Of a DNA stretch of 64,000 bases, positions 28,556 to 38,280 are shown one piece after another. Location: contig CAVOQQ010000002.1 of NCBI GenBank assembly GCA_963698395.1, positions 191,624 to 255,623 on the forward strand, in the 5' to 3' direction. A model generated the notes under the pieces. It saw only the letters and a program-made list of their open reading frames with translations, was not told the DNA's origin and ran no database searches. Numbering within the stretch: position 1 is the stretch's first letter; every line of letters starts with the position of its first letter. The position numbers and the translations under genes are program-made. This stretch comes from an uncultured Acidimicrobiales bacterium. Lineage in GTDB: Bacteria > Actinomycetota > Acidimicrobiia > Acidimicrobiales > SZUA-35.

Positions 28556-29902
28556 GTGACCACCCGACGCGTGTGCCGCTGCGGCAACAGCGAGGAGAGC
28601 GGTGCCCGGTTCTGTTCGTCGTGCGGCGTCTCGATCGATGACGACACGAGGCTGCTCGAGTCGTCGGCCGAGATGACCGTGGTCGACCAGGCGCGTTCGA
28701 GCGGCATCGACCGGCGCTGGTTGGGGGTTGCCGTGGCGCTGATCGTTGCGTTCGTCGGTTGGTCGGCATGGTCAGGGTCGTCGCCGGGCAATGCCCCCGA
28801 GGGCGCCGATGCCCCGCAGGCACACGCGAGGACCACGGGCCTTCCGACGACCGTCGTACCGATGACAACCGCCGCACCGGTGACGACGGCCCCGGCGGCA
28901 GCGACCCAAACGACACGAGCGGTCACTGCGACGAAGAACGAAGCGGTCGTGAGCCAGGTCGGGTCGGGTGAGCCGCTCCTCGGCGAAATCACCGGGCTTC
29001 GTGCAATCTTCGTTCAGCGGCCGGACCAGCTCTCGGTGCTCGATCTCGACACCGGTGCGTTGGCGGCGGTTCCTTCCTCTTTCGGCTGGGTCGAACCGTT
29101 CGTCGTTTCTGGCGACTGGCTCGTTGCCCGCACCGATGATTCGCTGTCGGCGCTTCCCCTGGATGACCTCGGTGACGTCCCGGTGCGGCTCCTGCCGGAC
29201 CGGAATCCGACCTTCGGTGTAGGACTCGCTTTTGCCGAGCCTCGGCCGGATGGGCGAATCTGGCTGGTGGTCTACGCAGATCCGAGCCCTGAGTTCGTCC
29301 AGGTAGACCTGGCGACGGGCGCTGTGATCGAGGAGTTCACCCCACCTCAGGGAGCCTTGGCCCATGCATGGATTCGCCAAGACGCCGAGGGCGATCGAGT
29401 GGTGCTGTCGTCGACCGATGGTGGCGTGTACGAATCCGACGGTGACGGCTATCGACGGGTCGCCGAGGGTCGGTTGATCATCTCCGACGATGATCGAGCA
29501 TTGGTCGAGACCTGCGATGAACGGTTGACCTGTGAGCGCCGCTGGTTGGATCGGGCAACCTGGCAGCGAGTCGATTTCGTGCTTCCACCGGGTCCCTTCC
29601 GGGAGGCCACCTTCCTGGGAGGAACCGATTGGCTTTTGTTGGCTGCCTGGGAGAACGACATCGAGGAACAGACGTTGTTCAACGTCGTCACCGGTCAGCT
29701 GCGCTCGCTCGATGGCGCCGACCATCTGGGCTTCGAGCAGCAAGCGCCACCCATCTCGCCCGATGGCCGGTGGATGGCGCTGCACGACGATGCAAGGCTC
29801 GTGATCCTCGACCTCGTGACCGACGAGCGGCACGTGATCGACGATGTGGGTCCCCTCGCTGGCGGCGTGGTACTCACCGACGCTCCGGTATCGATCAGCT
29901 GA
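28556..29902 (+). CDS. Zn-ribbon + TM + Thr-rich linker + beta-rich extracellular domain protein (paralog 2)
   Basis: CRCGNSEESGARFCSSCG; colinear similarity to the upstream gene; PISPDGRWMA. Confidence 0.75.
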   Translation: MTTRRVCRCGNSEESGARFCSSCGVSIDDDTRLLESSAEMTVVDQARSSGIDRRWLGVAVALIVAFVGWSAWSGSSPGNAPEGADAPQAHARTTGLPTTVVPMTTAAPVTTAPAAATQTTRAVTATKNEAVVSQVGSGEPLLGEITGLRAIFVQRPDQLSVLDLDTGALAAVPSSFGWVEPFVVSGDWLVARTDDSLSALPLDDLGDVPVRLLPDRNPTFGVGLAFAEPRPDGRIWLVVYADPSPEFVQVDLATGAVIEEFTPPQGALAHAWIRQDAEGDRVVLSSTDGGVYESDGDGYRRVAEGRLIISDDDRALVETCDERLTCERRWLDRATWQRVDFVLPPGPFREATFLGGTDWLLLAAWENDIEEQTLFNVVTGQLRSLDGADHLGFEQQAPPISPDGRWMALHDDARLVILDLVTDERHVIDDVGPLAGGVVLTDAPVSIS

Positions 29903-31517
29903 CGCCGGCCTGGTCGGCGGCAAAGCCCGTCCACTTCTTGTAGTCGATCTTGCCGTTGGGGGCCCGGGTGAGTGAGTCGACGGTGAACACCTTGCGCGGT
30001 GCCTTGTAGGCAGCGAGCTGGCTCTTCACGTGGGCGATGATCTCGGCTTCGTCGAGGGGTGGCCCGACCGTTGGCTCGATGACGGCGGTGATGATCGAGC
30101 CGAATCGCTCGTCGGGTACCCCGACGGCGATGGCGTCGACGATGCGGGGATGCATCTTCAGTGCCTCCTCGACCTCCTCGGGGAAGACCTTCTCGCCACC
30201 GGTGTTGATGCACTGCGAGCCCCGGCCGAGCAAGGTGATCGAGCCGTCGGCTTCGATGGTGGCCCAGTCGCCGGGAAGCGAGTAGCGAGTGCCGTTGATG
30301 GTGGGGAACGTGGTCTGGGTCTTGACTTCGTCCTTGTAGTAGCCGACTGGCATGAGCCCCTTCACGCCCAGACGGCCGATGTCGCCCGAGCCGGGCTCGA
30401 CGAGTTGGCCGTCCTCGCGGATGACCACGCCGTTGTCGCCCAGATCGAACTTGGCGGTGCTCTTGATGGAGTCCTTGCTCGAGTAGCTCGCACCCATGCC
30501 GAGTGCTTCCGATGAGCCGAGGGAGTCGAAGATGATCATGTCGGGCATGTATTCGAGGAGCCGTTCCTTGATCGGCTGGCTCCACATGACTCCGCTCGAG
30601 ACCATGCCGGTGACGCTCGAGAGGTCCCAGCGATCGGGCTCGGCGTCGAGCGCATCGACGATCGGACGGGCGAATGCATCACCCACGATGACGACCGACG
30701 TGACCTTCTCGCGCTCGATCGTGTCGAGCATCAACTGCGGGTCGAGATGGCGGTTGGGCAGGGTGACGAGACAGCCGCCGGCAGTCAGCGCGTTCATGGC
30801 GCTGATGTGACCGGTGCCGTGCATCAACGGGGCGCCGGGGATCATGACGGGTGCCATGGCACCGATCTGACGGGTGACCTCCTTCCAGCCCTCGATGTCG
30901 GAATCGGGTCCGAGCGGGAAAGGGTGCGTGCGGGTGGTCGCTTCGATCAGTGTGTTCTGATCCCACATGACGCCCTTCGGCATGCCCGTGGTGCCGCCGG
31001 TGTAAAGAAACCACAGATCGCTGCCCGAGCGGCCCCACGGACCAGAGACGTTCTCGTCGGTCCCGCGGGCGGCTGCCGTTTCGTAGTCGGAGGCCCAGTC
31101 GGGACACGGTGCCGAGCCGTCATCGACCCAGAGCCACAGCTTCACCTTCGGGAGCTGATCGCGGATGCGTTCGATCGTGTCGACGAAGGTGCCGTGGAAG
31201 GTGATGACCGCGGCGTCGGAGTTGTCCCAGAGGTACAGCAGCTCCTTGTCGGCGTAGCGGTAGTTGGTGTTGACCGGAACGAGCGCCACCTTGAACGAGG
31301 CGAACACGGTCTCCATGTAGGGCGGTGAGTTGTAGAGGTACTGGGCCGACTTGTCCTGCTGCTTCACCCCGGCATCGAGCATGGCCTGTGCGACGCCGTT
31401 GGCCCGACGGTTGAAGTCACGCCAGCTCGTGACGTGGTCGCCGAAGACCTGCACTCGTTGGTCCCCACGGATCTCGGCGCAGTGCTCCCACAGGTTGGCG
31501 AAATTCCACTTGGTCAT
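29895..31517 (-). CDS. Acyl-CoA synthetase (FadD19-like)
   Basis: YTGGTTGMPKGVMW, GYYKD and LLGRGSQCINTGGEKVFPEEVE motifs. Confidence 0.92.
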   Translation of the reverse strand: MTKWNFANLWEHCAEIRGDQRVQVFGDHVTSWRDFNRRANGVAQAMLDAGVKQQDKSAQYLYNSPPYMETVFASFKVALVPVNTNYRYADKELLYLWDNSDAAVITFHGTFVDTIERIRDQLPKVKLWLWVDDGSAPCPDWASDYETAAARGTDENVSGPWGRSGSDLWFLYTGGTTGMPKGVMWDQNTLIEATTRTHPFPLGPDSDIEGWKEVTRQIGAMAPVMIPGAPLMHGTGHISAMNALTAGGCLVTLPNRHLDPQLMLDTIEREKVTSVVIVGDAFARPIVDALDAEPDRWDLSSVTGMVSSGVMWSQPIKERLLEYMPDMIIFDSLGSSEALGMGASYSSKDSIKSTAKFDLGDNGVVIREDGQLVEPGSGDIGRLGVKGLMPVGYYKDEVKTQTTFPTINGTRYSLPGDWATIEADGSITLLGRGSQCINTGGEKVFPEEVEEALKMHPRIVDAIAVGVPDERFGSIITAVIEPTVGPPLDEAEIIAHVKSQLAAYKAPRKVFTVDSLTRAPNGKIDYKKWTGFAADQAGVS

Positions 31518-31584
31518 GGGCGATTGCTTAGCGCATCACGAGGTCGTGGCACCAGTTGGTGCTCCACCGATCAGCCGAGACGGC

Positions 31585-33252
31585 TCACTCGCTCTCGGCG
31601 TGAGCGGTCCAACGCTTGTAGTCGATCTTGCCGTTGGCGGCTCGGTCGAGCGATTCGACCACCAACACGCGTTTCGGTGCCTTGTAGTGAGCGAGATGCG
31701 CCTTCACGTGGTCGATCACCGCGGCCTCGTCGAAGTCGGCGGCCCGTGCCGACGCCTCCAGTTCGACCACGGCGGTCACCGCCTGGCCGAAGCGATCGTC
31801 GGGAATGCCGACGGCGATCGCATCGTGGATCGAGGGGAACTGCTTGAGGCTCTCCTCGACTTCCTCCGGGAACACCTTCTCGCCGCCGGTATTGATACAC
31901 ACCGAACCACGGCCGAGCAGGGTGATGCTGCCGTCGGCCGCCACCGTTGCGAAGTCACCGGGAATCGAATAGCGCCGACCGTTGATCGTGGGGAACGTGG
32001 CCTGCGACTTCTCGGGATCCTTGTAGTAGCCGATCGGCGTTCGCGAGCTCAGCGCCACTTTGCCGATCTCTTCCGAACCGGGTTCGAGGATGCGACCGTC
32101 GTCGGTGATGACGACCGAATCGGGGCTGAGTTCGAACGATGCGGTGGCCGTGGACGACCCGGCCGACGAAACCGACTTCGCCATGCCGATGGCCTCGGAG
32201 GAACCGAAGGCATCGACGATCACCATGCGTTGATTGAATGCCGACAGCCCGGTCTTGGAATCCTGGGAGAACATCACACCGGAGGAGATGATCACCCGCA
32301 GACTCGAGAGGTCCCAGCGGTCGGGTTCGGACCGAAGGGCGGCAAGGATCGGCTTGGCGAACGCGTCGCCGACGATGAAGATGCTCTTCACCCCATGACG
32401 CTGGATCAGGTCGAGCATCTCCTCGACCGAGAACCTGATGCCCTCGAGGGTCACGATCGCACCGCCCAGGCTCAAGGTGTTGAGCGCATTGAACAGGCCG
32501 GTGCCGTGCATCAGTGGGCAGGCAGGCAGGCTGATGGGGCCTGGTTTGGTGGTACGGGCGCGCACCGCAGGGGAGTAGCCGTCGGCATCGAGGTCGGGCA
32601 CGATGGGAAGGGGTGTGCCATTGGACTTGTCGTTGACACCGAAGAGGTCGTCTTCCCGCCACATCACACCCTTGGGCATGCCGGTGGTGCCGCCGGTGTA
32701 GAGCAGCACGAGCTGATCGCCGCTGCGCCCCCATGGGCCCCGCACTCGACCCTCGTTCGGCGTTGCGGTCGCCGTTTCGTAGGGCGTCGCCCATGACGGG
32801 CAGTCGGCGGAATCATCGCCGACCCACAGCCAGGTGGTGATGTTGGGGACACGATCTCGAATGCGCTCGATGGTCTCGGTGAAGGCGTCTTCGAAGACGG
32901 CAGCGACGGCATCGGCGTTGTCCCAGATGTAGACCAGTTCGTCGTCGGCATAGCGGTAGTTCGTGTTGACATGCACGAGAGCGGCCTTCGAGCACGCGGC
33001 GAAGGTCTCGGCGTACTCGGGCCGGTTGTGGAGGTAGAAGACGACTTTGTCTTGATGTTGGCAGCCGGCGTCGAGCAGGTGACGAGCGAGACCGTCGGCG
33101 CGTGCGTCGAACTCGGCCCAGGTGACGACCAGGTCGCCGTGCAGCAGAGCAGGCGCCTCGGGGATACAGGTGGCGACGGTCTCCCAGATATCGGCGTAGG
33201 TCCAGCCGGAAGAGTCAGGTGCGCTGGCGGTCTCGTTCGAAGTGTCGGTCAC
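31585..33252 (-). CDS. Acyl-CoA synthetase (FadD19-like), tandem paralog
   Basis: Same AMP-binding motifs as the adjacent gene; TACACT lies 7 nt before GTG. Confidence 0.92.
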   Translation of the reverse strand: MTDTSNETASAPDSSGWTYADIWETVATCIPEAPALLHGDLVVTWAEFDARADGLARHLLDAGCQHQDKVVFYLHNRPEYAETFAACSKAALVHVNTNYRYADDELVYIWDNADAVAAVFEDAFTETIERIRDRVPNITTWLWVGDDSADCPSWATPYETATATPNEGRVRGPWGRSGDQLVLLYTGGTTGMPKGVMWREDDLFGVNDKSNGTPLPIVPDLDADGYSPAVRARTTKPGPISLPACPLMHGTGLFNALNTLSLGGAIVTLEGIRFSVEEMLDLIQRHGVKSIFIVGDAFAKPILAALRSEPDRWDLSSLRVIISSGVMFSQDSKTGLSAFNQRMVIVDAFGSSEAIGMAKSVSSAGSSTATASFELSPDSVVITDDGRILEPGSEEIGKVALSSRTPIGYYKDPEKSQATFPTINGRRYSIPGDFATVAADGSITLLGRGSVCINTGGEKVFPEEVEESLKQFPSIHDAIAVGIPDDRFGQAVTAVVELEASARAADFDEAAVIDHVKAHLAHYKAPKRVLVVESLDRAANGKIDYKRWTAHAESE

Positions 33253-33314
33253 GGCGGCGAGTGTAGGTCCGGTCGCCTCGACCGAATCGAGCGGCACCGA
33301 ATCGAGTGAGCGGC

Positions 33315-34574
33315 TCAGTCGACCCCGGCGTACGCGCCCGGTCGATGGAAGATGCCGCGCTCCCAGCGTGCGGGGGTACCGAGCACGGCACGTGGGTAGT
33401 CCTCGAACAACCAGCGCCCGAAGTTGCGGCGGGTCCAGTCGTTGGTGTCGGCGACCGCCACGCTCCACGTCGCCCACCGCTCGGTCGCCAACAGGTTGGA
33501 GAGCGTGGCTGCCAGCCGGTGGTCCTTCACCATGCCCGAGCGGAGTTCGGCTTCGTAGTCGGCGGCGGCTGCGGCAAGGTCGGACCGGCCGTAGGCGGCG
33601 ATGCGCTGCGCTGCCTGACGACCGGTTTCGATGGCCTGGCCGATGCCCTCGCCCGTCATGGGATCGGTGGCAGCGACGGCATCGCCGACGAAGAACACCC
33701 GCCCCGACGTGATCGGCAACTCACCGAGTCGTGCCGGGATGGGCCACGCCTTGTGAGGCCCCTCGGGCTCGGCGTCGGGTCCGAGTACCGCAGCGATGTG
33801 TGGCCGCTCGAGGATGTCGAGCCACAGCTTCTTCATCTCCTGGATGCGATGGTTGCGGCCGCGCTGGATACCGAAGCCGATGTTGGCCGAGCCGTCGGCG
33901 AGGGGAAACGACCAGATGTAGCCAGGGAGCAGGTCGGCATCGAACCAGACGATCAACTCGCGTTGCGCAGCGGGGGCGACGTTGCGCACGTATTGGCGGA
34001 ACGCATGCCACTCGCCGCGATAGCCCTCTGGCGCCAGCCCGAGATGTTTGCGGGTGGGCGACCACATGCCGTCGGCAGCGATCACGGCCGCCGCTCGGAT
34101 CTCGCCGTGTGACGTCGTGGCGCTCACACCGTCACCATCTTGGCGTATCCCCGTGAGCTCGACTCCTTCGAACACCTGTGCCTTGTTCCGCCTGGCCAGC
34201 TCGATCAACGCATGATCGAGCTCACTGCGCCGGGCCACCACGGAGAAGTTTCCCTGCCCGGTCGGCAGCGGCAACACCATCTGTCGGCCCGAGGGCGAGA
34301 CGACGCGAACGTCATCGACCGGTTGCCAGCTCGGGACGTCGACCGGATCGAGTCCGAGCGCCTCGAGATGGCGCAGTGCGCTGGCGGTGAGACCGTCGCC
34401 GCAGCACTTCTCACGGGGGAAGGTGGCCTTGTCGATGAGGACGACATCGAGACCGGCGCGTCGGGCTTCGATCGCCGCTGCGCTGCCGGCCGGACCGCCA
34501 CCGATGACAAGGAGGTCGGCGGTCTCGTTCAGCGCAGGCCTCGGACGGTCATCGTTGCTCGCCTCGGTGCTCAC
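33315..34574 (-). CDS. Geranylgeranyl reductase family FAD oxidoreductase (MenJ-like)
   Basis: GGGPAGS, FPREKCCGDGL and GDAVAATDPMTGEGIGQA motifs. Confidence 0.88.
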   Translation of the reverse strand: MSTEASNDDRPRPALNETADLLVIGGGPAGSAAAIEARRAGLDVVLIDKATFPREKCCGDGLTASALRHLEALGLDPVDVPSWQPVDDVRVVSPSGRQMVLPLPTGQGNFSVVARRSELDHALIELARRNKAQVFEGVELTGIRQDGDGVSATTSHGEIRAAAVIAADGMWSPTRKHLGLAPEGYRGEWHAFRQYVRNVAPAAQRELIVWFDADLLPGYIWSFPLADGSANIGFGIQRGRNHRIQEMKKLWLDILERPHIAAVLGPDAEPEGPHKAWPIPARLGELPITSGRVFFVGDAVAATDPMTGEGIGQAIETGRQAAQRIAAYGRSDLAAAAADYEAELRSGMVKDHRLAATLSNLLATERWATWSVAVADTNDWTRRNFGRWLFEDYPRAVLGTPARWERGIFHRPGAYAGVD

Positions 34575-34602
34575 GATGTGCAGGGTAGAAGCAGACGAAG
34601 AG

Positions 34603-36471
34603 CTACGGCGTACCGGTCGTGGTGGTTTCCGCCGGTGGTGCCGTGGTGGGTGGTGTCGTGGTCGGCGGCGTGGTCGTCGCGTTCGGATCGGCGGTCGTCT
34701 CGGTCGGCTCGGTCGTCTCGGGCTCTGGTTCGGGTTCGGGTTCGGTCGTCGGCACGGTGGAATTGCCGTTGCAGTCGAAGCCCTCGCCCGGGCGGTAGAG
34801 AGCGAAGAACGTATCGAGATCGACCGTGCCGTCGTCGTAGGTTCGCTGGCGGGTGGTGGTGACCCGAGTGCAGGAGCGTTGGGCGGTCTCGGCTCGGCCG
34901 ATGTCTTCGACCGCGATGTGCTTGGTCGAATACATCGTGACCGTGATCGAGGTGTCGGTGTAGCTGGTCCAGATCAAGATCCCGTAGGGCGTCTGGTTCC
35001 GAAGCACGAGGTCGGGCTTGGGCCACGAGATGGTGGCTTCGCGACCGCGTGGGTAGCGACTGAAGTAGAGCGAGTGGCTCTGGTACTCCGGGATCTCGAT
35101 GCCGGCGAAGAACGCCGCATTGAAGGTGGTGGTGGCGAACTGGCTGACACCGCCACCGACCTGGTCTTCCACGATGCCACTGGCGATGGCACCGGCCGGG
35201 ACGAATCCCCGCTCACGGGTGCGCTTGCCGACGAAGCCGTTGAGGCTGAACTCTTCGCCCGGCTCGATCACGGCGCCACGAACGATGTCGGCCATCAGGT
35301 GGATGTTGGTGACGCGCCCCGCGCAGCAGTCATGATTGGTCGTGAAGCTGGAGATCTCTTCGAGGATGCCAAGTGCCTCGAGATCGGCGACGCCCTCGTC
35401 GGCGCCGGCCGTCTTGGCCTCGAGCTCGATCAGAATCCGTGGCTCGGACGAATTCTCGTCGCCCTCGTCGGTCGTGTCGTCATCTGTCGGCGCGGGCCGG
35501 TCGACGTTGCCGCCGGCGAGCAGCGCCGCCTTCAGCGTTTCGGGAGTGTCATCGGCACAGCAGACGACCGACTCCGACGGTGGGACGATGATGGGCTTGC
35601 CATCGACGATGTCGAAGCGAGCGAGTTGATCCTCTGATCCCAATCGAGGCAGCATCTGCCGCAGTTCCGCCAGAGCGGTGGCCTCGTCGAACTGCCACGT
35701 TGGTGCAGCGCCCTCGAGGTCGAGGTCGACCCACGAGCGAAGCTGAGCCGAGCTGATCTCGGTCGAGCTACGCAGCACGCGAATGGTCACGGCTTCGGCA
35801 GTTGCGTCGTTTGCTTCGGTCGCAACGGCGTCGAGCACCTCGGTGTCGAGCTCGGGGCGTAGCGGGTCGGCCTCGACCGCGATGGTGTAGGGCTCACCCG
35901 CGGCGAGCATGGCGGGAAGCGCCCCGACGACCAGGTTTGGGTCGAGCGTTGCCCCGTCAGCTCCGGGGACGACGACGAGCTCGTCGTCGTCGAGCGTCAG
36001 ATAGGGCTCGACCGGGTCGTCGAACGCGTTGGCGGCCAACTGGCTGACGGACTGAGCCGTTGCTCCCTCGTCGAGGACGTAGGGAACGTCGAGCTGCTCC
36101 TCGGAGAAGAACGTTCCCAACCATGTGAACGGTCTGAACAAGAAGAAGCCACCGCGGCGAGCATCCAGCGCCTGTTCGGCGAGCGTTGCGCTGTCGACTC
36201 GAACGCCGAGGGTGAATGCGTCGGTCACGATGGCGTCATCGCCGACTTGGAGCTCGACCGGTCGGAGGGAGAGATCGGAGGTGAGGTCGACGCTGACCGC
36301 CTCGAGATCGGCGGCGTCGAGCCCGCCAACCGACTGCTCGCCGATGTTCACGTTGCGGACGACTCGATCGCCGGTGACGGCGGTGTCGATGCCCCAGGCC
36401 GCGACGACGAAAAGCACGATGGCGAGCGGAAGACCGCCCGCGATGAGAAGGAGCCGCTTGCGTTGAGACAC
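34603..36471 (-). CDS. VanW family protein with N-terminal TM and putative peptidoglycan-binding region
   Basis: PGEEFSLN, GGGVSQFATT.FNA and HSLYFSRYP.GREAT motifs; Thr/Glu/Pro tail. Confidence 0.9.
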   Translation of the reverse strand: MSQRKRLLLIAGGLPLAIVLFVVAAWGIDTAVTGDRVVRNVNIGEQSVGGLDAADLEAVSVDLTSDLSLRPVELQVGDDAIVTDAFTLGVRVDSATLAEQALDARRGGFFLFRPFTWLGTFFSEEQLDVPYVLDEGATAQSVSQLAANAFDDPVEPYLTLDDDELVVVPGADGATLDPNLVVGALPAMLAAGEPYTIAVEADPLRPELDTEVLDAVATEANDATAEAVTIRVLRSSTEISSAQLRSWVDLDLEGAAPTWQFDEATALAELRQMLPRLGSEDQLARFDIVDGKPIIVPPSESVVCCADDTPETLKAALLAGGNVDRPAPTDDDTTDEGDENSSEPRILIELEAKTAGADEGVADLEALGILEEISSFTTNHDCCAGRVTNIHLMADIVRGAVIEPGEEFSLNGFVGKRTRERGFVPAGAIASGIVEDQVGGGVSQFATTTFNAAFFAGIEIPEYQSHSLYFSRYPRGREATISWPKPDLVLRNQTPYGILIWTSYTDTSITVTMYSTKHIAVEDIGRAETAQRSCTRVTTTRQRTYDDGTVDLDTFFALYRPGEGFDCNGNSTVPTTEPEPEPEPETTEPTETTADPNATTTPPTTTPPTTAPPAETTTTGTP

Positions 36472-36613
36472 GAGTGCACAGTGTGCCACCTGTGGTGGTG
36501 GAAACGGTGTCAGCTTTTCGTCCGCGAGCAGTGCTGTGACATGATCCACAACACCTCATGGCGTTGGTCAACTCGCCGTGAGCCGTCAGCCACCAGGAGT
36601 GAAGGAACAACTC

Positions 36614-37540
36614 ATGAATCGACTGTGCGACGACCGTGTCGTCATCATCACCGGCGCCGGACGCGGCATCGGCCGCGAATATGCCCTGATGCTCGCCGAG
36701 CATGGCGCGAAGGTGGTGGTCAACGACCTCGGTGCTTCGGTCGATGGTTCAGGCGGGGATCAGTCACCGGCCCACGAGGTGGTCGAGGAGATCAAGGGCA
36801 TGGGTGGCGAGGCCGTGGTCAACGGCGACGACGTCTCCGACTGGGAAGGAGCCCAGCGGCTGGTCAACACGGCGGTCGAGAACTTCGGCGGTCTCGATGC
36901 GGTGATCAACAACGCCGGCATCCTCCGCGACCGCATGCTCACCAACATGACCGAGGCCGAGTGGGACGCCGTCATCAAGGTGCACCTGAAGGGCACGTTC
37001 GCCCCGGCCCGCTGGGCTGCGGCCTACTGGCGTGAGCGGGCCAAGGCCGGCGAGACCAACGACGCCCGGATCATCAACACCTCTTCGGTGTCTGGGATCT
37101 ATGGCAACCCTGGGCAGACCAACTACGGCGCAGCCAAGGCCGGCATTGCCTCGTTCACGATCATCGCCGCACAGGAACTCGCCCGCTACGGCGTCACGGT
37201 CAACGCCATCGCTCCGGCCGCACTCACCCGCATGACCGAGAACCTCGGCATGGGCGAACTCGACGGCGAGGCCCGCGAGGCCATGTCGCCCCGGTGGATC
37301 GCCCCCATCGCCACCTGGCTCTGCAGCACCGAGTCGGCGCCGGTGACCGGTCGGGTGTTCGAAGCCAGCGGTCAGGTGTTCGGCATCGCCGAGTCATGGC
37401 ACCGTGGGCCCACGGCCACTCCGGTCGACGATCCGACCCAGCTCGGGCCGATCGTGCGAGACCTGATGGGCAAGGCCCAGCCGAACAGCAACATGTCGGG
37501 TGCTCCCACCACCGGCCCGGGGCGTCCCACCCCGTACTGA
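36614..37540 (+). CDS. SDR family oxidoreductase
   Basis: TGAGRGIG, NNAGILRD and NYGAAK motifs. Confidence 0.92.
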   Translation: MNRLCDDRVVIITGAGRGIGREYALMLAEHGAKVVVNDLGASVDGSGGDQSPAHEVVEEIKGMGGEAVVNGDDVSDWEGAQRLVNTAVENFGGLDAVINNAGILRDRMLTNMTEAEWDAVIKVHLKGTFAPARWAAAYWRERAKAGETNDARIINTSSVSGIYGNPGQTNYGAAKAGIASFTIIAAQELARYGVTVNAIAPAALTRMTENLGMGELDGEAREAMSPRWIAPIATWLCSTESAPVTGRVFEASGQVFGIAESWHRGPTATPVDDPTQLGPIVRDLMGKAQPNSNMSGAPTTGPGRPTPY

Positions 37541-37553
37541 TCGAAATCGGGGC

Positions 37554-38210
37554 TCAGAAGAGCTGCTGCTGAGGCCGCTCGATCCCGCGGAGTTCGTCGT
37601 AGTCGACTTCGACGGCATGGATCGAGCGGTCACCGCACAGCACCTTTGCCTGCGGCTTGATCTCCTGGGCGACGAACGTGCCTCGTACCTCGCCGAGCCC
37701 GGCGCGGTTGAGGAAGCTGAGGTAGCGGGTGAGTTGTTCGACACCGTCGATCTCGCCTCGCCGCTTGATCTCGATGGCAACCACATCGCCCGAGGCCGAA
37801 CGGCACAGGAGGTCGACCGGTCCGATGTCGGTGGGGTACTCGCGGCGGATGAGCTTCAGCCCGGGCTCGATCCGTTCGGGGTCGAGTGCGAGCAGTTCCT
37901 GGAGATGGGCCTCGACGCCGTCCTTCTGGAGGCCGGGATCGACACCCAGCTCATGGGCCGAGTCGCTGTAGACCTCGTGCAGGGTGATGATCAGCTGCTC
38001 GCCCTTGGGTGAGGTCACGGTCCACACCGTTGCCTCTTCGCGAAGAGTGTTCGGCGCGTTCATCCAGTTGAGCGGCTTGTAGGCGCCACCGTCGGCATGG
38101 ATCGCCACGCAGCCGTCGGCCTTGACCATGATGAGCCGTGGTGCCTGAGGCAGGTGAGCGGTGAGCCTGCCCTGGTAGTCGACGGTGCATTCGGCGATGA
38201 CGAGACGCAT
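37554..38210 (-). CDS. nucS: Mismatch endonuclease NucS/EndoMS
   Basis: [41 protein letters not shown] and [17 protein letters not shown] motifs. Confidence 0.96.
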   Translation of the reverse strand: MRLVIAECTVDYQGRLTAHLPQAPRLIMVKADGCVAIHADGGAYKPLNWMNAPNTLREEATVWTVTSPKGEQLIITLHEVYSDSAHELGVDPGLQKDGVEAHLQELLALDPERIEPGLKLIRREYPTDIGPVDLLCRSASGDVVAIEIKRRGEIDGVEQLTRYLSFLNRAGLGEVRGTFVAQEIKPQAKVLCGDRSIHAVEVDYDELRGIERPQQQLF

Positions 38211-38237
38211 GCCTTCGTTGTATCGCTCAGCTTGCTT

Positions 38238-38280
38238 GGTTGCGCTGTTCGTTCGGTTGCGCTGTTCGTTCGGTTGCGCT
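38238..38280. repeat. 17-bp tandem repeat GGTTGCGCTGTTCGTTC (x2.5)
   Basis: Read directly; lies between the ABC1 kinase stop and the nucS start. Confidence 0.9.

Noticed and set aside
34603-36471. VanW as a vancomycin-resistance determinant
   Set aside because: No vanHAX or vanRS genes nearby; VanW-domain proteins are common cell-wall proteins.
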